A stretch of DNA of 64,000 nt. Source: Leucoraja ocellata (lineage: Eukaryota). The notes under the pieces were generated by a model. It worked only from the letters and a program-made list of their open reading frames with translations. It made no database searches and was not told the origin of the DNA. The position numbers were made by a program, and so were the translations under genes. Below are positions 1 to 13,290 of this stretch, piece after piece. Where the stretch lies: positions 6,634,001-6,698,000 of the forward strand of contig JAWMAR010000023.1 of assembly GCA_036785375.1 (NCBI GenBank), in the 5' to 3' direction. The number at the start of each line of letters is the position of its first letter. The stretch's first letter is position 1.

Positions 1-59
1 AAAAGTAAAAAGAATAAGTTAGCTTGGCTGGAGTTGTTTTATTTGAGAAATAGGCTCAA

Positions 60-375
60 GGGAGATTTGAAGAGAATATATAAACTACAGGTGAATCTGG
101 GCAGTGTAGATAATGGAGGATATTGCCTGTGGTGGAATGTTTGAATCTTGGGGCCACTGGTACAAAATAAAGATGAGATTTAATAATAAAGAAAATCTTT
201 TAATATGCAATGTATGGTTGGAATGTGGAATGTACCACCTGCAGATGTGAAGGAGGTAAGTTCAGCTTTGGCTCTCAATAGAGCAAATATAGTGAAGAAA
301 AAATTACAAGGTTATCGAGAATTGATCTGGTAGAAAGCCAGCACAGATATGATGTGCTATAACCATTTTATGATT
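60..375 (+). mobile_element. degraded CR1-type LINE 3' fragment
   Basis: Decayed match to the CR1 ORF2 C-terminal/3' region seen elsewhere in the window (ggagatttga...tataa, ggttggaatgtggaatg); boundaries approximate. Confidence 0.5.
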
Positions 376-1914
376 CTGGGAGATAGACACATAAAGCTGG
401 AGTAACTCAGCGGGACAGGCAGCATCTCTCGAGAGAAGATCTGTGTCTCCAACCCTTTCCCTACTTCAACCAAAATCTGCCAATTCAACTATCTTTTCCA
501 AATGGCTCACTTTGCATTTCCACTCAATCCCATAGTCCCTAATATAAGTCTCATGCCCTGTTTACCTCATTCTATCTCACTACACTTCATCTTCCTTATA
601 ATCTGCATTACCTTTCAAAGCTGACCTACAGAGCAGACTGTTGGGCACCTCACCCTTATTGCTTGACAGCCTTACCCTCTGTCCTTACAGTTCCAGTGAC
701 AGGACCTTAAAAAAAGTCCAGCTATTGAATTTGATCAATAACCCAGTGGCACAATAACGAAATCTAGCCACTGCACGTAAGTGATTTTTACCTACTCAAG
801 GTTGGCCGCCTCAAAATTGTGTCATGCTTTTCTTTGCTGTTATGGAATTCTGAGGTTCCTGTGTTAGACTGACAAAGAAACAATTATAGGATACATATAG
901 GACTTTGCCTGCTTTTTCTGTCAAACATATTGGAGACACCACCTGACAAAAGTAGGTGCATGTTTAACAGTGGAAACAAGAGTTGATAAAGGCTGAGTAC
1001 TCTAAGCTGATTTACAGCAGAACATCCCTCTATAATGTACAAACAAAGGAACTGGTGTGGCAGGTTATGCAGTATCCAGGGCATGCTGCCAAATGTACAT
1101 AACCCAGTGTTTCAGATTGCATGTTTTTTTGTTTCTGTATGGCATGCTTCTCAGATGCAGATGATGGGTAACCGGGCTTGTTTATGTTCCAAAGACACTT
1201 GCGCAACAAGACCCAGAAGCAAAGTTCTGGCCATACTGGTATTACTGGATCAACAAAAGATGGGATTTTCTCTTTCTTTTTTTGTATTTGTCACCAAGCA
1301 ACCAAGTGTTTGTGTTTTAACCCTGGGTTTTCTGACTTCCTCTTTCAGAACATTTCCAGTCTTTGCTCCGGGATTGCATCTTTGAGCTTCAGATTTTCGT
1401 TTTAGCCAGGTTTTGAGCATTTTAATTTATTTTATTTTGCACAATAATTTTTTAATGAAAGATGTAAATAGTTACAGGCAGTCTATCCTCTGCAGTAGCA
1501 ATCTTATTTCTCCATAAGGTTCAAGTCTAAATAGAAAAATGGTTCAGAGGTGAGAAGTTCAGATTCCTGCAGCGATGGGATCAGTTCAGAGATACGAGGG
1601 AACTGTTAAAAGGGTGCATGGCACGCACCTTAACAGAACAGGGATCTTTTCTTCTATGAAGAAGGACTAAATCAATTTAGTAGGTAGATGAAACATGAGA
1701 AATATGGCTAAGAAAGACAAATAAAAGAGTTCCATTATAGTAGGGAGGGAGATGGGAACCAAATGCACAATAGGCTGGGATGAGCTTTGAGTGAATGCAC
1801 AATGCATGGTTATTAGGTTGCCCCAAGGCTTTGTAAATTCTGATTACATATTCAAGAGTTGAACAAAGATGTTTAAGAGGAAGAAGTAATTAAGGGTCAA
1901 AGATAAAATCTATT

Positions 1915-2415
1915 TGGTACACTGGGGACACGGCCAGAGGCCTTTATCGAGGCGCCACGGTCTCAATGCCTTCCAGATCGGGGCCTCGTGGGTCGGACGG
2001 AGGAGCCGGGCCTCGTGGGTTGGAGTCTGGGTCGGTGGAGCGGCCGACGGAGCCTGTGGCTGGGGCCCGGGTCAGCACCATGGAGGCGTGAAGTGGGGTG
2101 TTGACAGCGGTGAAGCGTTGCGACGACGGAGCCTCGACGGTGGGGAAACCCTCACGGGCGACGGTCGATGACAGCGTGGAGGACCACCGTGAGGGGGGAG
2201 GGGAAGGACAATGGAGTGGGTGGGAGAACAAAGGACAATGGGGACCCGGCTTGGGGGAACTGCTGTGAGGGGGGGAAAGGGGGAGGAGAACAAAAGGAGG
2301 AGTCGGCGTGCTTTGTAACTTTGTCAGTGGCATAGGTGGCTGCTATTTGTGTACGTTTGGTATGCAGCAAATAATTTCACTGTGCCTAGTCACATGTAAC
2401 AATAAAGTATTCCAT
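1915..2415 (+). mobile_element. GC/CpG-rich non-autonomous retroposon with Rex1/L2-type 3' tail
   Basis: Abrupt GC-rich block ending in tttcactgtgcctagtcacatgtaacaataaa, the same tail motif found on Rex1-type fragments in this window. Confidence 0.55.
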
Positions 2416-2900
2416 TGGTTAGAATTAAGGAACAATAGAGACGCTACCACCCTACATAGATCATAATATATTCCACCAAATAGCAGGATAAGACAGCTGA
2501 ACTAACTTGCAGACAATGCCAGAAAGATTTATGAACTTCAGGTTCAGAAACCAATAATTGTCCTAAATAAAGACTGGATAGAGTGCAAATAACAAAGAGG
2601 GGTGGAATTCCTGAAAGGCATATACGCAAACATTAATTTCCAGACCAGACAGGAAGAAAGCAGAATTGTATCCAGTTTTAAAACATGAACCAGGGTATAT
2701 TTCTGTGCTGGAGAATTGGGGGATGAATGATCATAATGTTAGTAACTTTATAAAAGTTTTGAAATATATCAGGCAACAGAAATTGTTAAAAAATATAACT
2801 GAAGAACAGTTAAATTTAAAGAGTTGGAAGGGACCAAAATACTAGATTTCTGTGGGAAATAATGCTGAAAATCGAACAAGCCATCGGCATAATGAAGAAC

Positions 2901-3153
2901 CGTCTGAAGAAAGGACACGACCCAAAACGTCACCCACTCCTTCTATCCTGAGATGCTGCCTGTGCTGCTGCCTGTGCTGCTGAGTTACTCCAGCATTTTG
3001 TGTCTATCTTCGTCAGAATCTTCCAGCCCTCCCTTGATCTACAGAATTGCAAATGTTGCAAAAAACAAAGTGCCCGATGAACTCAGCGGGTCAGGCAGCA
3101 TCTGTGGAGGGAAATAGATAGGCAGCATTTTGGTCGGGGCACTTCTTCAGACT
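2901..3153. mobile_element. two opposed copies of the Penelope-derived terminal repeat
   Basis: ctgaagaa...aaacgtcaccc...gagttactccagcattttgtgtctatc, followed by the opposite-orientation aactcagcgggtcaggcagcatc...cttcttcagac. Confidence 0.75.
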
Positions 3154-4894
3154 GTTCAAAACTTTGCTTTTTAGAAAGATTATAGCTTTGATTAAAGCAA
3201 CTATTGAAGTGAAAGTGGAGATGTTGGAGATTGGTTGTTTTGTATACTGGAGCAAAGTATATTTATGCTTCGTAGAGTCAGTTTTAGTACCATGGGTATG
3301 CCTTCACCATAAGGATTGCAGTGGTATAAGATTATTCAACAACGCCAATTTCTTAAAGAAAATTAGGGATGAAAAATAAATGGATGTTTTGCCAGTAATG
3401 TTCACATTCCTTGAATAAATAAAACGTTATGCAAAAGTAGAATTAATTGGATTGTTCTCTCAAAGGTCCAGCACTGGGAAGATATACTAATTGATCTCCT
3501 TACTGCTGCATCATTTTCAGATCCAAACTCCATTCCAAAGAATTATGTACATACCTAACTATTCATCTCAGAAGTCAAAAGTTACACGTCAAGAAGGGAT
3601 GCCAATTCTCCCGAGTTTCCAGAATGTGAAGATTAATCATCAAGGCATTGCTGCAAACAATCAAATTGAAATTAATTGAGCATTGGGTGCTTTTTTTTCA
3701 CATTTTTTAAATACATCTATTCCTTACAGAAGGGGAATTAAGGCTCTTTGATTGCAATGCCCTGTTGAAGGTCAAAGAGTGTACGAGGAACCTCTGGAAG
3801 TATGTTCAAAGTTGCCAATCCTACATTGAAATGGACATGGGTTACAGAGTCGTAGAGAAATACAGCATGGAATCAGGCTCTTCAGCCCAGTTATATGTGT
3901 TTTATATTTATTTCATTTCATTACCCATCGCCCATGAAACACTTGACTACCCTTACTGTAAGCTGAGTGTGATTTTTCAATTTTTAAAAAAATTTGGATC
4001 AGTTCTTTAAGTGTTTTAGTATTTTTATTGCTTTTATGTTTGCTACTATCAGCAATTTTTGGTTATCAAAAAAAATTGTTAAAGCTAAAATATTTCATGT
4101 TCAATAGACTGCAATTAACTTAATGATAACAGTGATTACTTATCGGCTCAGAATTTACCTTAATTCTATCTGTGGCAAGTTCTTCCTTCACTTTTATATA
4201 ATTGTGAATATGTTGTGGTTTTATGCCCTATTTTTCCTGCAAATTAACTCTTCTGGCCTTTTTCATATTGTCCATCACTGACCAACCCGTCCCACAAATA
4301 AAGGGGATTGGTCAGTAATCCATACGCAGGATTCAAAAGCCATATCTTGAAACAAAATGAATAGAAATGGAAGCTCAGCATGTTTTCCAGTTTGGTCTTT
4401 TAGATGTTTTATTTCTGGTTTTCAATTAGTTCAAAGTTCAAGTCTCAAAACTATAAGCATGTTCGTGTCTGGTTTATGCCCCAGCCTGTAACTCAAGCTC
4501 TTCATTGTATTATATATAAATCATTAGGCTATTTGATCGGATTTCAGTCTATATCTTATTCCAAGTATCCATTATTTTTCTATAAACTATCCAAGACATT
4601 GACTGGATTCCAGCCTGTAGCTCATGTCAGGTATACATTATTTTATGCTTAAATCACCAAATACATTTGATTAAATTCTAGCCTGAAACTTACTCTTGTA
4701 TATTGTATTCTTCATATAAATGATGATTACATATTATTACGTAGGATTAAATATGATGAGCTTGCTTGGGTGCCTGTGAATGTGATGCTTCTGCGACAGA
4801 ACTATAGGATGATCTGATGTGATGCTGACAACTGCTGTGTGATTTGTATGTCTTGTTTGTACGTGTACTTTGTCTTGTTAATAAATGCTGAGTG

Positions 4895-4958
4895 CAATAA
4901 ATAAATAGACAAATAAATAGATAAATAAATAGATAAATAAATAAATAAATAGATAAAT
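4895..4958. repeat. (AAAT/AGAT)n microsatellite
   Basis: Direct tandem tetranucleotide repeats. Confidence 0.9.
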
Positions 4959-6351
4959 ACAAAGAACCTATCAATTCGGTTCTAGATTGCAGTCAAATAT
5001 AGTAAGTATTTCTATAGCTTCTAAAGTAAACAATCACTCCCCAAATCCCCACCTTACTCACACTGTGACATCGCCCCTTACTAGATTGGGTTCCTTCGAT
5101 ATGAATCTGTTCTGTAAGGCCTCCAGCTGAATCTACTCCTGTGAGAAGATTCTGACTGAGTTCACGTTTTGGCCAGTAAATCAAAGAAGGATTTGAAAGC
5201 AAGTTTTTATTTTTGATTCCCCAAAGCCATTTGATGAACTTGCGCTACAATTTCTGTCTCACAGCAGCCATCAATCTCATTAAATGGCTGGGCTTTATTG
5301 AGGAGCAAAAGTTTAATAAAGAATCTTCTTTATGAAAATCACAAACTCTTAAACCCATCTAACTGCACAACAAATGAACCTACAAGGTATGAACTGTGTC
5401 ATGTAGGTTGGAAATGAGCAAAGGTAGATATCAATAAAGGTTTCTCTTTATATTGCACATCTACTGTAGAAAAATTAACCTAAAAATTGCTCTCAGGACT
5501 GTTTGCAAACAAACAAAATAATGGCTAACAGACAAGGAAAAATTATTAAAAGTCTGATTAAATAAATAGAGTTTAAGGAAAATCTTGGAGGAAAAAGTAA
5601 AATTAAAGTAGACCAGAAGCTTGGAGAGGGAATTGTAAAACTGAAAGAAGCATAGGAAGGTATGGCAGTCATTTGAATAAATTCAAAGAAGCTCAAGTGG
5701 CCATAAGAAGAGTTATGGGACTGGCAGAATTTACAGAGATACATCATGGAGTTTGAAAAGCAAGAATGAGAATTTAAAATCCAGGTGTTTCTTAATTGGG
5801 AGCCATTGTCGGCCAGCGGGTGGAGGGATGTCCAAATTAGGACAACAGGCAATAGAGTTTTAAATATTTAGGCAGCGGAATGAGAGAGCCAGCCAGGAAT
5901 GCAGTTGCATAGTCAAATCCAGAGATAACAAAAGTGTGGATGAAGATTTCAGAAGGAGATTAATAGACACAGAGACCAAATCAGGTAACAGTACAGCATC
6001 TTTGTAATGCAATGCAATTCAATATTAAGTGTATTACCAAGATTATGAACAGGCTGTTTCACTTTTTAAAATTAGAAATGTAGCCGATGGCTATGGAACA
6101 GACTTGTGCAGAGTACTGAAGACCATAATTTTGATCTTTCCACATACTGTTAAAACTTTTTTGCCCAGGTGGAAATATCAAGACTAGAGAGCATGGCTTT
6201 AAGGTGAGAGGGACCAACTTTAAAGGAGATGTGATGGATGCAGTGTTTACATTATGGGTGGCATGTTGCCAGTAGTGGTGGTGGAGACAGATACAATAAG
6301 AACGTTTACGAGGCTTTTGGATATGTACATGGATTTCCAGAGAATGGAGGG

Positions 6352-6485
6352 AAGGAAGGAACTGCAGATGCTGGTTTAAACCGAAGATAAACACAAAATG
6401 CTGGAGTAACTCAGCGGGACAGGCAGCATCTCTGGAGAGAAGGAATCTGTTACATTTCAGGTTGAGCCCCCTCTTCAGACTCAGG
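6352..6485 (-). mobile_element. Penelope-derived terminal repeat inserted into a CR1 3' fragment
   Basis: aaggaactgcagatgctggtttaaaccgaagat...ctcttcagac, flanked by CR1-like sequence (about 6165-6560). Confidence 0.75.
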
Positions 6486-7745
6486 GAGATAAGATCAGTT
6501 TATTTTGGCATCAAGTTCTGCACAGACCCGTGTTCCTGTGCTATACTGTTCTATGTTCTATGTATAGAACAAACTGGTTTCCCCTGGATTGTGCAATTTC
6601 TTTTGTTCAGGCATAATTGATGTGAGGCTCTGGGCTCTGGTTCAAGATATAAAATGGATTTTATGTATCCTGGGCATCCAAGGAAAGGAAATTATCAGCT
6701 ACTGAATGAAAAAACATCAGGTTCCACCAATGAGGAGACTTCTGTGGTCGGTAAAATTCACGTCATACAAAAGTCTAGCAGCGTATCGTTGATTAACTAT
6801 AACTGACACCAGTTGCTGATTTCTCAAACATCAAAATTGTGGCAGGAACCACTGACTAGAAATGGAGATCGACTAACCACATAATTACTGTGGCTAAAAG
6901 AATAGTTCAAATGTCAAACATTCTGTGACAAGAAGCTCACTCCTCTGATTTCCCAAAAGCTTTTGATTTACAAGGCACAGATCAGGAGTGGAGAGAATAC
7001 TCTCCACGCAAGATTTAAACATTGAACAAATTAAAACAATTTAATTGAATGTCACTTTATTCATTATCTTATACATTCATTTCTTTAGCAAATGTGCTGC
7101 ATATAAGATGCACGGCAGCAATTCACCAGGGCTACTTTAAAAGCACCTCCGGAACCAATTACTACTACCACCAGGAAAACCAGACAGGCGTTGCATCGGT
7201 ACACCACCATCTACCGATTTCCCTCTCAGTCACACCTCATCCTATCCCGGTAAAAAACGGAGGATGCGTCATCCTTTGGTCAAATTCTCAGAATTCCTTA
7301 CCATGATTTCCTTACCCATCGCACTATGGAAGCATTTTCTGCACATAAACTGCAGCAGTTCAAGAAGACAACTCATCTTCTTACGTATTCTCAGAGCAAT
7401 TTGAGAATGACCATAAGTACTGCTTTTCCAAACTATTCCAACTTACCCAAAAAATATTCTTCAGTTCATAATATTAATCCAAATAAAAATCACTTGAGCA
7501 ACTTGCACTGTCCCCAACTGCACCACTTTGGTTTATTGAGCACACTCCAGCTTCCAAGCCCAATGCTTTATCACAAGTTCTGTGAAAAATTGTGTCCCAA
7601 TGATCCACATCTCCAGGATAGAACTTGGACAATATGTCTGGGAAAGCAGACAAATACAATTTGAGTTAGCTTGTACTCTTCGGTTTGGCTTGAATATGCA
7701 ATATACTGCCTGAAATTTCCAAACATCCACACTCAACAGTAATCT

Positions 7746-7799
7746 GGGGTGGAAGATTGCAACCTTCACCTGGTCCGCCCTGTTTCGACGAATGCAATC
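7746..7799 (+). ncRNA. minimal HDV-like (CPEB3-type) self-cleaving ribozyme
   Basis: P1 GGGGTGG/CCGCCCT with G1-U wobble; P2 GATTGCA/TGCAATC; P3 ACC/GGT; L3 TTCACCT; J4/2 CGAA with catalytic-C equivalent at 7789; P4 reduced to TTCGA. Confidence 0.8.
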
Positions 7800-7886
7800 A
7801 ACCTGGCGTGCACAATCAAATAAGATCAAATAGAACAAGTTGTCCTACAACTTTAGGCTGTGCACGCCATAAGCACGAAGAAGAAG
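7746..7886 (+). mobile_element. 141-bp non-autonomous retroposon: 5' HDV-like ribozyme, 3' stem-loop and (GAA)n tail, with 11-bp TSD
   Basis: Perfect direct repeat AACAGTAATCT at 7735-7745 and 7887-7897; (GAA)4 tail 7877-7888; hairpin TGGCGTGCACA 7804-7814 / TGTGCACGCCA 7859-7869. Confidence 0.85.
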
Positions 7887-10215
7887 AACAGTAATCTAAT
7901 TCTGGGAGGAACTCAGTTTCGGTTCAGTTTAGTTTATTATCACATGTACTGAGATACCGAATGGCCTACCCTTGCACCTATTTTCTATGTTTCTATGTTT
8001 CTAAAAGCTTTTTGTTGCGTGCTATCTATTCAGAGAAAGACAATGCACGATTACAATCGAGCCATTGCTGTGTTAAGATACATGATAAGGGAATAAAGTT
8101 TAATGCAAGGTAAAGCCAGCATAGTCCGATCAAGGATAGTCCGAGCGTCACCAATGAGGTAGATAGTAGTTCAGCACTGCTCTCTGGTTGTGTTTTTCGT
8201 GTCTAAGATATCAGATCGTTTTTACACAAAAGGAGACATGTCATTAAATGTTGAAATACACATTTATTTTTTTCCAGTAGTACTACTATTCTAGTAATAT
8301 TAATATTTCTGTTAAAATAACAAACATGGATTTATATTATACAATTTCTGTACCAATGTATTGCTCCAATTAGAAATTGTAGAGGATAGGCCTGATTTGA
8401 TTGGATCTCGTAAAAATATCCAGTCAACCTTCCAGTCTTTGTGGAATTAGCTTCATTTCAAGATGTCACGGTGTCTCTACAGTTGGATTAGGCTCCCCGG
8501 GGCTGGTGGAAGTAAGATTAGTCAGCTTCCCTAAACCCGGTCACTATCCAGTATAGAAATTGAATGTGTAGGATATTTCAAACAGAGCTGAAGTGGTTTA
8601 GCTGTGATTCTCCCCAACAAGCAAATACTCCCACGGTGAATTATAATGCAAGGCACAGATTTCAGCAATTTCACAGCGGGCAAAGACAAAAAACTTTTTT
8701 TTCAATAATAAACTTTATTCACAACTGTTAGAACAAACAAGCCTAAGTATGTTCCATAATGGATGCATCCAATAAAGTAGCAGATTGATAGGTTCCTGCT
8801 ATACACACCCTCTTTAATTCAGGTACACCCAGACAACTAAATAATATTTTCATTGTTTCAGGCTGAGTAGCCTTTTTGTCTCTGATGTATGTTCAGCTTG
8901 TGAGGAATGTCAGTTCCAAAAACTAGACTGTCCACATAATTTCAAGAAAATCTTAAACAAGCATGCTGGAGTGGAATTTAACATACCACATAATATCTGA
9001 TGATTCTAGCCTTCCAGAAAATCCCTCCCTGTCTTTTCAATGTCATTGTTTCAAATAGTCTGCAATTTAGACACCCTCTGTGACCTTTACCTATAACGAG
9101 CAATACTGCATCGCACCCAATTTTTTTTGTTCTTAAATTTACTTTAGTTAATTTACTTCTTCCTGTGTTACTTAACTGGTCAGCATTACTGGGAACTGAG
9201 GGTCATTGGGATTTTGTATACAACCAACTATTTTTAAAAGCAACTTTATCGTTAGTTCTTGAGTTATCTTTTGTTTCCTATTCTTTAGAATTGGCCTTTC
9301 TAGATGGTAGATTTCACTGAATAGTGAGACCCTGCCTGACAAGCCATGAAAAGTTGCAACAATGCACTTATAAATGAAACACCACACATCTAAGGTACAG
9401 CAGAATGAAGAGTGCAAATACTTAGGGTGGAGCATCAGGTGACAATTAATGAGCTACTTTGCTTTGGGAAACATTGAGCTTTTCTGTGGGAGCAGCACAT
9501 ACAAGTACAGTGTATCTCATAACACTCTTGGTGTGTCCTATAGATAGTTGTACCTCGGTACACGTGACAATAAAATAAACTATCAGATTAAGATTTTTAA
9601 AAGTTTGCAGGTGAGTTGGTCCCAAAGGATACACAGACATACTTTGTTCCTTCAGGTTCATTATTTATGGCATAGACCAATTACATTTCTCATCAATGGT
9701 AACTCTCAAAATGTCATAGAGGATTCAACAATTTCCATCGAACTGAATGTGAAGCATGTAGTTAGAACATTTTGCTGGAAAAGGCAATTGACCGGTACTT
9801 GTGTGATATAGATGTTACTGTCCATTTATCAGTCCATGTGTGAATGTCATCCAGATCTTACTGTATGCAAATACTTCCTTATTTTCTGATGTTGTAAATT
9901 AAATTAAACATTGCACAAGCATCCCTTATATTATAAGGAAAATCACTGATGAAGCAGTTGAAGATAATTGGTCCAGAACACTGTTCTGATGCCTTTCAGT
10001 TGAAATGATTGACCTTCAATCATCTAATAAGTTATTGATGTGCACAATCACCTTTACCATCTTTACCAATGTTAGGTATGAAACCAACCAATGATTTCCT
10101 TACTTAGAACATAGAACTGCGTAGCACAGGAACACAATGTTTCAGCCCACAATGTTTGCGCCAAACTTGATGTCAAGTTAAACTGATCTCATTTGCCTGG
10201 TACATGATCCATATC

Positions 10216-10790
10216 AAAGTCAAAGTCAAACTTATTCGTCACATGCACCAACTAAGGTACAGTGAAATTAATTTGCCATGCAGCGATACAGTTGAAAAAA
10301 AGAACACACAATACGCAATAGAATTTAACACAAACATTCACCACAGCTTCTTCACTATGGTGGAAGGCAACAAAGTTTAGTCAGTCCTCTTCCCTTAGTT
10401 CATCAGTGGTCAGGGCCATAAACCCTACGTAGTCGCCGCTACGGACGGCCTGATGTACAGGCCCTCTCGTCGGGACAATCGAAACTCCGACGTCAGGACG
10501 GTCGAACACACTCCGCGGCTTGGAGTACCCAAATAGGCTACTTTCCGACCAGAGACCCCAGCTTCAGGATGTTATAGGCCGCAGGCCGGCAGTTGGAGCT
10601 CTTCTCCGGCAGTCGGATCTCTTCTCCGTCGATCCCCGGCAAGGGATCCCAGATCCCGGATGGTAAGTCCATGCCACACCTGCGGCTAGAAGCTCCGCAG
10701 ACCACAGCCCCCACGATGCCGAACTCACCAGGCCAGTGATCGGAGCACTCCTTTCTGGCAACCCCTGGCAAGGGATTGCCGCCGCACCTC
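10216..10790 (-). mobile_element. GC-rich retroposon with Rex1/L2-type tail, nested in a CR1 3' fragment
   Basis: Minus-strand tail tttcactgtac...catgtgacgaataag(tttgac)n; CR1 tail sequence flanks it on both sides (about 10105-10215 and 10790-10990). Confidence 0.6.
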
Positions 10791-12559
10791 TATTCCTTGC
10801 ATTTCCATGTGCCTATCTAAAAGCCTCCACTATCAAATCTGACTGCACCACCACCCCTGGCAATGTGTCCCAGACTCCCATGTGTAACATACTTGCCCCA
10901 CACATCTCCATTAAACATTCCTCCTCTCACCTTATAGCTATGCCTCTAGTGTTGGATCTTTCCACCCTAGGAAATAGTCCCACTGACTATAATTTTACTC
11001 GCATTTTGTCAAATACTGCCTTGATGTGAAGAGCAATTACTTTCACCTAGTCATCTATCTGAGGTCTACAATGAAGTCTTGAGCCAAGTGGTCCTCAGAA
11101 AACCCAACTGAATAAAAGTGTTCAAGTTAGCATTGAGTAAACACTCTTCATGGCATTCATATACATGTTTCACTCTGTTAATGATAAACATGGACCAATG
11201 AACAATTAAATACATTATATTTGTCCTGATAGTTATGGACACATTTCTATAATATTAGGTGGAGGCTAGACTTGCAGTATACTGGACCAGCTTTCCTAGA
11301 GACACTCCTTGTTGAACCACAGCGCAAACTTATCAGGTTCTATGATCTTTGGTATACCCCGTGTTCTCAGATGTCTTTTGATTTCATGAAGAATTAATTG
11401 GATAAAGTCTGGCTTCTATGAAAGTGGTGACCTCTGGTGGATGCTGATATGGATTATCTACTCGATTCTTTAGGTTGAAATGAAGACTTCAGCCTATGGC
11501 ACTTTCTGTTGAGGATGGGCATGCTCCTTAACCATCTTCTTTCTGTTGGTTCTGTAATTATCAATCGCCATTCTCAAATGGATATAGCAGGACTTGGAAC
11601 TGGTTTGATCCTATCTTTGTGGGATTGTTTAACTGTGTCCATTGTATGTTATTTTCACTGTTTAACATAATAGTCCTACACTGCACCCATACCAGGTTGG
11701 CACTCACTGTTGGATATGCTGGTCCTACTCCTGGCAAGCACTTCCTTATTCCTCATTGAACCAGGGTTATTCTTTTGATGTAATGGTAAAGGTAGAATGA
11801 AGGTTATCCCTGCCATGCAGCTTCACGCATGATTAGCTACAAATCTGCTGCAGCTGATAGCCCAGAGCACCTCATGAATTCCAAATATTGGCTACTGATC
11901 ATTTTTTAACCTTAACTTGGCATAATAACACTACCACAATCAATGTAGGGCATCCTCAGTAAACAGGTGACACTTTGGGCTAGCTTACACTTATTTTTAC
12001 CTGATAGTTTCAAATGGAACTAGTTGCTAAACGCATAGAGGCTCTGTGATATGGACTGAAGATATGATGCTATGAGTAAAACCAGACAGACTGTTCTTTG
12101 ACTAATGTGAGAAACGGCTTTCCAATTTTAGGCAGAGATCTGAAAATACCCCACAAGGCTGACTTTACAGGGTTAACTCATCTGGGTGTGTCTTTGCTAG
12201 TGCCTGAAGCTGAATTGTCCTTCCGTTTTATTCTGATTGCATTTTGTTACCAGGCTGATATAACTGAGAAGCTTGCTGAACCGTTTCAGGGTACAATTAA
12301 GAGTCAATCATATTGCTGTGAGTCTTGAGTCACACGTATCTGCCAGACTGAATGATGAATGTCAGACTTCCTTCCCTAACAGGGGTTAGTATTCCAGAAA
12401 TGCCCAGATCATTTAAGAGCTGCCATGGAATATGGACTTTATTTTGAAAAGTTGGAATACTTAATAGAATGTGTACCTCTCTTTATAACTCACTTCTAAC
12501 CATTTCACAATCTCTTCTGGTTTACAACAATTACAAATAGTTGCCAGAAGTGAAATGAG

Positions 12560-13290
12560 AGTATGACCAATGTGGTGTGGGTCCCTGATAATGCCGGCTG
12601 TCTTTCTGAGGCAGCACCTCCAATAGATCCCTTCGATGGTGGGGAGGTCAGTATCCGTAATGGACTGGGCCGTGTGTACTAGCTTTTGCAATTTCCTTTG
12701 TTCCAATGTTCATCCTGCACCAGAAATCGTTGGTGAACCATGCAAAGGAAACCAGGCCTGAATTTTGTCAAGTTTTATCTGCATTCAGATATGAAAAGTC
12801 TCTTAACATTATTCATTAGAGTGGATGCTTAATTAGACTGGAGCCACATCCAATGTGAACCTCTCATCACTTCCTCTCTTGTTCCTCTCCCTCTCCCTCC
12901 TGTACACCTTATTTTTTCTTTCCTGTAAAGCACCTTGAATTGCTGTTTGCACGAATGGTGCTATACAAATAAACTTGCCTTGCCTTGCCTTACACCTACT
13001 CTTCCAACTACGTTTGCAGTGCCAAAGGCGGAATCATGGAGACGTAATGCATAAACTATGGAGGAAGCAACATAAATACCTTAGAAGAGGAAGGCTGAGG
13101 ATCCACAAACCTGTTTCATTGACGGATCGGTGGTGGAGGAAGTCACCAACTTCAGGTTCCTGGACGTGAACAATCTCTGAAGATCTGTCCTAGACCAGCA
13201 CATTGATGCAATCATAAAGCGAGCCTATCAACGCCTCTACTTTCTTAGAAGATTGTGGAGATTTGCTATGTCGACAAATGCTCTCTTCAA
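12560..13290. mobile_element. Rex1/Babar LINE fragments (12560-12705 minus; about 13025-13290 plus)
   Basis: Translation RKLQKLVHTAQSITDTDLPTIEGIYWRCCLRKTAGIIRDPHH and a VEEVTNFRFLG-like segment typical of Rex1 RT C-termini. Confidence 0.7.

Noticed and set aside
1035-1405. 116-aa and 75-aa ORFs
   Set aside because: No recognisable homology or motif; low-complexity composition
1914-2370. Overlapping Pro/Gly-rich ORFs on both strands
   Set aside because: By-product of a GC-rich repeat; no domain or splice structure
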